From a bacterium (lineage in GTDB: Bacteria; Patescibacteriota; Minisyncoccia; Phycocordibacterales; CAIZLB01), in assembly GCA_043745355.1 (NCBI GenBank), contig JAYTSY010000009.1, positions 17,783 to 81,782 of the forward strand: 64,000 nt of DNA, in the 5' to 3' direction. Below are positions 16,987-24,395 of this stretch, piece by piece (the first letter of the stretch is position 1; each line of letters opens with the position of its first letter). The notes beneath the pieces were generated by a model. That model ran no database searches. It was not told the DNA's origin and saw only the letters and a list, made by a program, of their open reading frames with translations. The position numbers and the translations under genes were made by a program.

Positions 16987-18045
16987 ATGGAAGACAACCG
17001 ATTAAACAAAAGAATACCGCTATCGCAAGACATTCTGACCAAGATCTCCAAAATAGATCAATTTCAGGGTCTTTGGCAGGGAAGTCTCCGACTCAGTCCG
17101 CAAATTCTCGGGCGTCTCAAAGCGTTCGTCATCATTACTTCGACAGGTGCCTCGACTCGTATTGAGGGGGCAAAGATGACTGACGATGAAATTGCTCGCT
17201 TTTTACGAGGGCTTGGTGCCAAGTCGCCGAAAGGACGCGACGAACAGGAAGTGGCAGGATATGCCGATCTTATCGGCCGTGTTTTTGATAATTGGAAAAC
17301 AATAAAACTCACTGAAGGCTGGATACAGCAGTTCCACAGTATTCTTCTTAACTTCTCAGAGAAGGACAAAAACCATAAGGGCAAATATAAGGATGGCGAC
17401 AATGCTGTCATTATGGAAAATGACAAAAAAGAAGAAGTCGTGCTTTTTAATCCTACCCATTCATATCTTGTAAAGGGAGAAATGCTAGCCGCAATTGAAT
17501 GGACAAATGAACAACTCGAAAAACGTGAAATCCATCCGCTTCTTGTGATTGCAAACTTTATATTTGAATTCCTCGCAATCCATCCGTTTTCTGATGGTAA
17601 CGGCCGAGTAAGTCGTGCTCTTACTAACCTGTTACTTCTTCAGGCAGGATACAGCTATGTGCCTTATGTTTCTCTCGATGAAATTATTGAGCAGACTAAA
17701 GTCGACTATTACCTCGCACTCCGCGCTACCCAAAAGAATCATGGAACTGACCATGAAGATATTGCTCCGTGGATTAATTACTTCCTCACATCGCTCGCGG
17801 AACAGACCGATCGAGCGCACAAGATCATGAATAAAGATCAGCCAGAGAAACTCCTTTCTGAAAAACAGAAAGAGGTATTTCAGCAATTCACCGAAGGGAG
17901 GGAAATGGGAGTGGCAGAAGTCCTCACACTTCTCCAAGGTAGAATTGAAAGAGAAACTATCAAACAAGCATTGTCACGTCTGGTAAAATTAAAACTTCTA
18001 GAGCGTGTAGGGCAAAGTCGAGGGACGAGGTATGTAAAAATATAA
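16987..18045 (+). CDS. Fic-family protein with an N-terminal inhibitory motif and a C-terminal winged helix
   Basis: Fic motif HPFSDGNGRVSR and upstream S-T-R-I-E-G ([ST]xxxE[GN]). The start may be the ATG at 16987 or the TTG at 16966. Confidence 0.88.
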   Translation: MEDNRLNKRIPLSQDILTKISKIDQFQGLWQGSLRLSPQILGRLKAFVIITSTGASTRIEGAKMTDDEIARFLRGLGAKSPKGRDEQEVAGYADLIGRVFDNWKTIKLTEGWIQQFHSILLNFSEKDKNHKGKYKDGDNAVIMENDKKEEVVLFNPTHSYLVKGEMLAAIEWTNEQLEKREIHPLLVIANFIFEFLAIHPFSDGNGRVSRALTNLLLLQAGYSYVPYVSLDEIIEQTKVDYYLALRATQKNHGTDHEDIAPWINYFLTSLAEQTDRAHKIMNKDQPEKLLSEKQKEVFQQFTEGREMGVAEVLTLLQGRIERETIKQALSRLVKLKLLERVGQSRGTRYVKI

Positions 18046-18055
18046 CAAAAACAAA

Positions 18056-18793
18056 ATGCCTGAAAAACAAGTAACAATCTTTTCTGACGGAGCGTCTCGC
18101 GGAAACCCTGGTCGAGGGGGTTGGGGTTCAGTTCTCGTCTATCCAGATTCCCACGACGTGTTGCATGTCGATGAGCTCGGTGGTCGTGAGGACATGACGA
18201 CCAATAACCGCATGGAAATCAGTGCGGTCGCGTATGGTTTGGCACATATGGATGGATTTTATGAAAAATTGAGTGATATTTCATTTGTTATATATACTGA
18301 TTCTAGCTATGTACTAAAAGGTGCAACGCAATGGATCAAGGGGTGGAAAAAGAATGATTGGAAAACTGCGACAAAAGACGATGTCAAAAATAGGGATCTT
18401 TGGGAGATGCTCTCGAATGCGATGGAGGGTAAACGTATTGTATGGAAATTAGTACCTGGGCATGCTGGTGTTCCAGGGAATGAACGATGTGATGTTATTG
18501 CAACAGAACTTGCAGACAAGATAAACTTAGATTTATATAAAGGAAAATTATCTGAATATTCAATAAAAAATATATTAAATATTCCTGATATTACAAAATT
18601 GGAAAAGAAAAAGAAGAGTTCATCTTCGAAGGTTGCCTATTCATATGTCAGTGTGGTTGATGGACACGTGGAGACTCACAAGACTTGGGCAGATTGCGAA
18701 GCAAGGGTTAAGGGGACTAAGGGCGCTCGATTCAAGAAAGTATTTTCTGCGGGTGAGGAGTCAAATCTTAAAAAAGAATTTAGCAATTCTTGA
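18056..18793 (+). CDS. rnhA: ribonuclease HI with a C-terminal hybrid-binding-domain-like extension
   Basis: SDGASRGNPG, TNNRMEI, DSSYV, GHAGVPGNERCD. The C-terminal VAYSYVSVVDGHVETHKTWADCEARVKGTKGARFKKVFS resembles the RNase H1 N-terminal/caulimovirus-type HBD. Confidence 0.85.
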   Translation: MPEKQVTIFSDGASRGNPGRGGWGSVLVYPDSHDVLHVDELGGREDMTTNNRMEISAVAYGLAHMDGFYEKLSDISFVIYTDSSYVLKGATQWIKGWKKNDWKTATKDDVKNRDLWEMLSNAMEGKRIVWKLVPGHAGVPGNERCDVIATELADKINLDLYKGKLSEYSIKNILNIPDITKLEKKKKSSSSKVAYSYVSVVDGHVETHKTWADCEARVKGTKGARFKKVFSAGEESNLKKEFSNS

Positions 18794-18828
18794 GCCAAAT
18801 TTAATATCCACTGCGTATGATGTGAGGA

Positions 18829-20157
18829 GTGAAGAAATCCGATGTCATATTGCTATGTATCATTGCTGTAATATGCAATGTCGAGTTCTTCACAAAAGTA
18901 AGGGATGATGAGTACTTGGCTCGTTCGAAAGGTGTAAAGACAGATATTAGCGTCATCATAATTGAAGAGCCGGATAATCGCGGAGATAATACTCGTGTAT
19001 TAGTAAAAACGGTGAGTCACAATTCAAAAATACTTCTGACAGTGCGAACTGCAGAACTATTGCAGTATGGTGATGAATTAAAGTTGGGTGGCACCTACGA
19101 TCACCCGAAAGTGATCGATAATGCTGATGGAACAAGTTTTGATTATCCAGCATATCTTTCTGGTCAGGGAATTTATTATGTGATGAAGAATCCTGCGGTG
19201 GAAATTGTGGCACATCACCGCGGAAACTGGTTCAAGGAAAAATTACTTGATTTCAAGCACCAGTTTATCGGGAAAATAAATAGTGCATTACCAGAACCTT
19301 ATTCGCTTTTGGCGAGCGGTTTAATCGTTGCTGGAAAGGGAGCGTTGAGCGCAGACCTACAAGATCAGTTCAAACGAGCGGGTGTGATACATATCGTTGT
19401 GCTTTCGGGCTCAAATGTCACCATTGTTGCAGAAGCAATTATGAAAATACTTTCTTCCCTCCCAAAGGTGGTGGGCGCCGGCGCCGGGATTCTCGGAATC
19501 ATAGGCTTTACAGTTGTCGCCGGCGCATCAGCTACGGTTGTTCGTTCTGCAATTATGTCTATCATCGCAATCATCGGCACCGCAGCGGATAAACAATACA
19601 ACGCATTTCGTGCGCTCATTGTCGCAGCGTGCTTAATGATGATTCAAAACCCAGACATATTATTTTTTGATCCATCGTTTCAACTTAGTTTTGCTGCGAC
19701 ACTCAGCCTCATGTTTTTAGGAAAACCCGTTGAACGACGATTGATGAAAATCACTGATCGATTTGGATTACGCAGAGCTATCTCTTGCACGATTGCCACA
19801 CAGATAGGAGTTACACCTCTCATACTGCATCTCTCTGGAGTGTTTTCTGTTGTCGCACTCCCAGTGAACGTTCTTATTCTCCCTTTTGTTCCGTTTACTA
19901 TGCTCTTTGCGTTCATCGTAGGTAGTCTCAGTTTCATTAGTTTGATAATTGCAGCGCCTTTCACTTTGGTTTCATATATATTGCTCCGGTATGAACTGAC
20001 TGTTGTAGATATATTTTCATCGTGGAGTATTTCTGCAATATCCTCTAAACCCATATCTTGGCTTGCTGTTTTCGGCATATACGCTATATATGCTGCTATT
20101 TATCTCTACTTAAACGTCCACCCAAAACAAAATCGAACGAGGGTCTTGTCTCTGTGA
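18829..20157 (+). CDS. comEC: ComEC/Rec2 membrane channel portion (OB/DUF4131-like plus competence domain), lacking the MBL domain
   Basis: FDYPAYLSGQGIYY and GVIHIVVLSGSNVTIV patterns and multiple TM helices. Confidence 0.75.
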   Translation: MKKSDVILLCIIAVICNVEFFTKVRDDEYLARSKGVKTDISVIIIEEPDNRGDNTRVLVKTVSHNSKILLTVRTAELLQYGDELKLGGTYDHPKVIDNADGTSFDYPAYLSGQGIYYVMKNPAVEIVAHHRGNWFKEKLLDFKHQFIGKINSALPEPYSLLASGLIVAGKGALSADLQDQFKRAGVIHIVVLSGSNVTIVAEAIMKILSSLPKVVGAGAGILGIIGFTVVAGASATVVRSAIMSIIAIIGTAADKQYNAFRALIVAACLMMIQNPDILFFDPSFQLSFAATLSLMFLGKPVERRLMKITDRFGLRRAISCTIATQIGVTPLILHLSGVFSVVALPVNVLILPFVPFTMLFAFIVGSLSFISLIIAAPFTLVSYILLRYELTVVDIFSSWSISAISSKPISWLAVFGIYAIYAAIYLYLNVHPKQNRTRVLSL

Positions 20158-20192
20158 AACATGACCATGGTTCGATTTGTCTGAAGCTTTGA

Positions 20193-20786
20193 TTACCCTA
20201 GGTATGATTCAAACCGCGCCTCTATCTTCTTGCCGTTCATATTCTTAAAGAATGCGTCGATATACTTCTTCTTTTCAGATGGAACATAGTCGAGCATGTA
20301 TGAGTGTTCCCACATGTCGAGGGCATAGACTACCTTGAGACCGGTGAGGTGCCCGAAGTGCTGCTCGTCAACCCATGCATTGAGGAGTCGCTTTGTCTCA
20401 GGATCGTAGTACATGATCGCCCAGCCGATGCCACGAGTCATCGCAAGCGCTTTGAATCGTGCGAGTGCTGCATCGAGTGATCCCCATTCTGCAATGATTG
20501 CTTGTGCTAGTTTTCCGTCATCTCTGATATCTGACGCGCCACCTTCCAATTGTTCAAAATAGTATTCATGGTTTCGCATACCATCGAACTCGAATCCAAA
20601 TCGTCGCTGAAGTTCCCCGATCAGGTATGAATTCTTCTCCGCGTCAGCACCAAGTTCGGCAATCTTTTCAATGATGAGGTTGGCATGCTTCACATATCCA
20701 GCGTAGAGCTTGAGGTGCTCAGTGATTGTTTTTTCACTGATGCCATCAAGTGTCCCTAACTCAAATTTTCTTTCTACAAATGACAT
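20193..20786 (-). CDS. sod: Fe/Mn-family superoxide dismutase (divergent)
   Basis: C-terminal ALDMWEHSYMLDY and central NHEYYF motifs. The N-terminal His-rich motif is divergent (ITEHLKLYAGYV). Confidence 0.8.
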   Translation of the reverse strand: MSFVERKFELGTLDGISEKTITEHLKLYAGYVKHANLIIEKIAELGADAEKNSYLIGELQRRFGFEFDGMRNHEYYFEQLEGGASDIRDDGKLAQAIIAEWGSLDAALARFKALAMTRGIGWAIMYYDPETKRLLNAWVDEQHFGHLTGLKVVYALDMWEHSYMLDYVPSEKKKYIDAFFKNMNGKKIEARFESYLG

Positions 20787-20788
20787 AT

Positions 20789-21670
20789 ATGTTTAATTTA
20801 GTTCGTAACCTGATAATGAGGGCAGTATATCATGCAGTCACACCTCTTGTGATGATAGTCCTTTTTGCTTTCTTAATGCTCGCTGAGTGGGATATATATC
20901 AATATGAAGTTTTACCACAGAAGCTTAAAGTCTCGTATCTTGATATTGGACAAGGTGATTCGATTCTCATTCAAACTCCGGCACATCAATCACTGTTGAT
21001 CGATGGAGGACCGCCAAAAGGTAATGTGTTGTCTGCAATCGGAAAAGTACTTCCATTTTATAAACATCATATTGATATGGTTATGCCGACTCATCCTGAT
21101 CAAGATCATATTGCTGGAATCCCAAATGTTATTGATAGATATCATCCGCAACTCATGTTTGAATCAGGAGTGCATTCAGGAACCTGGATCGATACACTGC
21201 TTCAAAAAAATGATATTTCAAGACTGCTTGCAAGAAAGGGAATGAAAATTATTTTTGATAAGGATACATCCATGGAAATATTATTTCCTGATCGTGATGT
21301 TTCGAGTTGGGTGAAGAAAACCAATGATGCGTCAATTGTTTCAAGGTTGGTTTACAAAAATAATTCTTTTTTGTTTACCGGTGACTCGCCGATAAATATT
21401 GAAAAATATTTAGTGCGAATCGGTGCGCTCGTTCACACCGACGTACTCAAGGTCGGCCACCATGGCTCGCGCACCTCGACCAGTCCGGAGTTTGTGGATG
21501 CGCTAACACCATCGATTGCAGTCATATCTAGTGGAAAAAATAATAAGTACGGGCATCCGCATAAGGAGGTGGTGGATATTTTAAATGAGAGAAAGATAAA
21601 AATGTTGAGGACGGATGAGGAGGGGACGATTACAGTTGAGAGCGATGGGAAGAATGTAACAACAAAGTAA
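20789..21670 (+). CDS. ComEC-type metallo-beta-lactamase domain protein (separate gene)
   Basis: LDIGQGDSILIQ, HPDQDHIAG, KVGHHGSRTS, YGHP. The start is uncertain (20789 or 20816); the ORF-track start at 20750 would overlap the sod 5' end. Confidence 0.8.
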   Translation: MFNLVRNLIMRAVYHAVTPLVMIVLFAFLMLAEWDIYQYEVLPQKLKVSYLDIGQGDSILIQTPAHQSLLIDGGPPKGNVLSAIGKVLPFYKHHIDMVMPTHPDQDHIAGIPNVIDRYHPQLMFESGVHSGTWIDTLLQKNDISRLLARKGMKIIFDKDTSMEILFPDRDVSSWVKKTNDASIVSRLVYKNNSFLFTGDSPINIEKYLVRIGALVHTDVLKVGHHGSRTSTSPEFVDALTPSIAVISSGKNNKYGHPHKEVVDILNERKIKMLRTDEEGTITVESDGKNVTTK

Positions 21671-21773
21671 AACGCCCCTGTGGATTAAGTACCAGAGTGG
21701 TGAGACCCTGTAAGGCTATTCCTGCCTAGTTTTGCAGTTTAAAATGAGGTATATGTGTCGGTGTTTAATTTTA

Positions 21774-22067
21774 TTAAAGAGATACAAGAACGCACTTTGA
21801 ACCTGTAACCTTCTCAAGATTTTGCTGAATCTCATTTAGGATATTAGATATCTCTAAATCTTGACCTTTATACTCTTTAAAAACAATAAGCAAACCTTCA
21901 TCCTCGTATATAAAGGCAATTACCCCATTCGAGGTCTGTACGCTATAACCATCAGTTTTTACTGGTTCACAACTTACTACAGTTGGTGTAAATATAGACT
22001 GATATTGATCCTTTTTAATATCGAAATAAACTCCATCAATCCGTTTGATTAAAAAATTCTTTTCCAT
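21774..22067 (-). CDS. hypothetical protein
   Basis: 97-aa ORF with no recognisable motifs. Confidence 0.5.
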   Translation of the reverse strand: MEKNFLIKRIDGVYFDIKKDQYQSIFTPTVVSCEPVKTDGYSVQTSNGVIAFIYEDEGLLIVFKEYKGQDLEISNILNEIQQNLEKVTGSKCVLVSL

Positions 22068-22099
22068 GTATTCAATAATAACATATCTATATTAAGGCA

Positions 22100-22260
22100 C
22101 TCGGATCACTCCGATACTAAATTTTCTTGGCGGAGACAGCGAGATCCGCTCTCGACTAAATTTGTTACACAAATTTGTCTGGGTGCCGCCTCCTTTGCTC
22201 TGGTTCGCTTTGCTTACAACAGAGCTTCAGTCCGGCGTTCGAATCTCACTATCTTAGTGC
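22100..22260. other. hairpin-dense, G+C-richer intergenic segment; candidate unclassified ncRNA
   Basis: Contains the perfect hairpins AAATTTGT-TAC-ACAAATTT and GCTCTG...CAGAGC, plus GGCGG+AGAC...GTCT+CCGCC pairing. No ORF. Strand and family undetermined. Confidence 0.3.
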
Positions 22261-22265
22261 TGCAC

Positions 22266-22303
22266 AAAAAGAAAAAACCGCCATAAAGGCGGATTTCTTT
22301 TTG
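22266..22303 (-). terminator. bidirectional hairpin terminator downstream of rpmB
   Basis: CCGCC-ATAAA-GGCGG stem flanked by an A-run and a T-run. Confidence 0.75.
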
Positions 22304-22336
22304 TGTGCGGGCAATTCGAGCTAAGAAACTTAGGAG

Positions 22337-22579
22337 TTAGATAATCTTCGCTTTCTTCAAAGTAGCAAAAGCACCATTCTTCTGAATAGTTTTGATTGCT
22401 CGAGTAGAGAGTACGAGACTGAAGCTCTTTTTGAGTTCAGGAACATAGATCTTCTTTTTCTGAAGATTAGCGTACTTTCGGACGATGCCTGTAGGGTTGA
22501 ACTGAGTAGCACGAGTCTCGTTAGAGTACCCGCCTCCTCGAATGGAGCCCTTTTTTGTGATTGCGCAGACTTTTGCCAT
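22337..22579 (-). CDS. rpmB: 50S ribosomal protein L28
   Basis: MAKVCAITKKGSIRGGGYS...LVLSTRAIKTIQKNG. The internal Met is preferred over the longer ORF. Confidence 0.9.
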   Translation of the reverse strand: MAKVCAITKKGSIRGGGYSNETRATQFNPTGIVRKYANLQKKKIYVPELKKSFSLVLSTRAIKTIQKNGAFATLKKAKII

Positions 22580-22610
22580 ATGTTCACGCATGTTATCATA
22601 CTGAGTATAT

Positions 22611-23228
22611 TTGGCAACTTTTATGATCGGCATCTTCTCAATTGCAATATTAATCATATCCATCATCGTTCACGAGGTCGCTCACGGCCTTGCGGCTTTG
22701 TCTCAGGGGGATCCGACGGCAAAGTACGCAGGAAGGCTCACGTTGAACCCTATAGCACACATAGACGTTGTCGGGTCAATTATTGTTCCCTTCATGTGCT
22801 ACATACTCGGAGGGGTCATGTTCGGTTGGGCGAAGCCGGTTCCTGTTAATTACTATAACTTCAAAAACCCTCGATTCGGTGAGTTTTTTGTCTCTTTTGC
22901 TGGACCTCTTTCAAATATCATAATTGCCCTTATTTGTGGGCTTATTTTGCGCTTTGTGGGTATGGGATTACCCGAAGCGACCATACAAATATTGGCCACA
23001 ACAGTATTGATTAATCTTGTTTTGGCTATTTTCAATCTCATGCCGGTGCCACCACTTGATGGTTCAAAGATTCTTTTCTCCCTTCTCCCTGATAGTATGG
23101 CTAACTTTAAGCGTTCTTTTGAGCAATACGGTATGTTTCTGACTATTTTCTTCATATTTTTCCTTTGGAAATACATTACCCCGCTCATATATATAGTATT
23201 TGGCGTAATAACAAATATTACACTTTAA
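22611..23228 (+). CDS. M50-family site-2 metalloprotease
   Basis: HEVAHG (HExxH) and NLMPVPPLDG motifs in a polytopic membrane protein. Confidence 0.85.
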   Translation: MATFMIGIFSIAILIISIIVHEVAHGLAALSQGDPTAKYAGRLTLNPIAHIDVVGSIIVPFMCYILGGVMFGWAKPVPVNYYNFKNPRFGEFFVSFAGPLSNIIIALICGLILRFVGMGLPEATIQILATTVLINLVLAIFNLMPVPPLDGSKILFSLLPDSMANFKRSFEQYGMFLTIFFIFFLWKYITPLIYIVFGVITNITL

Positions 23229-23281
23229 TCAACTTCCATTTATTTAGTCGGCAGTCACGTCACGGAAATTAACACACTTTT

Positions 23282-24372
23282 ATGGATACCATTTATTTCA
23301 ATGATACGGATGGTCGGAAGCCAGAGAAACTTACCAATGTAAGTATTACTGATCCAATAACTGATCTTCTTATGACCTTGAAACAAAGACTCGCCTCTTT
23401 GTGGAATGATGACATTGGAAGTATTTATATTGATCAGAACATATCGACTCATGTGGCGTATGTGATAGATATTGTTTCAAAAAAACATAAGTCTGTTTCG
23501 ATATACGTTGACTCCCACGAAGTGTTCTGGATGAAAAATAATATTGAAAACGGTAGTTTATCTCTGGATGATATGTCATATCCAAACTACGCACCTCGCC
23601 ATCAATATCTTTCTAGGCCACATAGTGTAACTATTTTTGATCCAGAAAAGGAATTGCAGATTACTGATGACGGTAGTATTCCCATAATTATTTATACTCA
23701 CGCATCCCGTTTAACAGGACAAGTGTTTCCACTCGAATCAATCTTTAAAAGTATTAAGGAAAAGTATCCAAACGCAGTTTGTATTGCAGACGGTGCTCAA
23801 ACGGTTGGGGGAGAAAAAGTTTATCCTCTTAAATACACAGATGCGTACATTGTTCCCACCTCAAAGTTTATAGGAGCAGAGCTTCACCTCGGAGTTTGTC
23901 TTTTGAGTGATCAATTTAAAAACTTATATCTTATGGATAATGTAATTTATCCATCTGTTAATATTGATATATATAAGAAAGAATTATATTCAACAAACGA
24001 ATGTCTGAATGGATTTGTCGGTATAGATTTTGAGTCACATATCAGAGAGATGAGAGCCTATTTACTTGATGAGTTTTTGAAAGTGGGACTTATATCATAT
24101 GTTTTCGATGTCCAAGATCAAGCTAGTCATATTGTTACATTGAGCGTAGGGGATAAAGCAGTCACAGAATCTTTTGTAAAATCGCTAGAAAAAAACACAA
24201 TATATCTGTATCACATAATCTGAACTTTAGCCTTATAGAACCAGCTGTCCCACTTGTGAGAATTTCAATATCTGTGCGCTCCATAAAAGAAAATATCGAC
24301 ATTCTAGTTTCTGCATGTGAATTGATATTGAAAAATACACCCCATACCAGCAAGCTGGCACGGGGTGCATAA
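23282..24372 (+). pseudogene. class-V aminotransferase/cysteine-desulfurase-like gene with an apparent frameshift at an A7 run (about 24189-24195)
   Basis: The first frame ends at 24223. The family-like C-terminus (NISVSHNLNFSLIEPAVPLVRISISVRSIKENIDILVSACELI) continues in another frame to the stop at 24370-24372. The core is ADGAQTVGG...TSKFIGAE. Confidence 0.5.
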
Positions 24373-24395
24373 AGTGTAGACTGACTGTTATCCCT

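Noticed and set aside
22129-22200. Possible tRNA (TGGCGGAG... resembling an acceptor/CCA end; GTTCGAATC at about 22228)
   Set aside because: I could not build a cloverleaf on either strand. The candidate T-loop next to the acceptor reads AGCGGAT rather than TTCRANY. The GTTCGAATC has no flanking complementary T-stem. No D-arm consensus is present.
22195-22245. SRP RNA-like motif (GCCGGACTGAAGC on the minus strand versus the conserved CCGGAAGGAAGCAGC)
   Set aside because: Similarity is only partial. The would-be GNRA tetraloop is not closed by pairing, and the AGCA/GGA symmetric loop cannot be formed. It needs a covariance-model test before any call.
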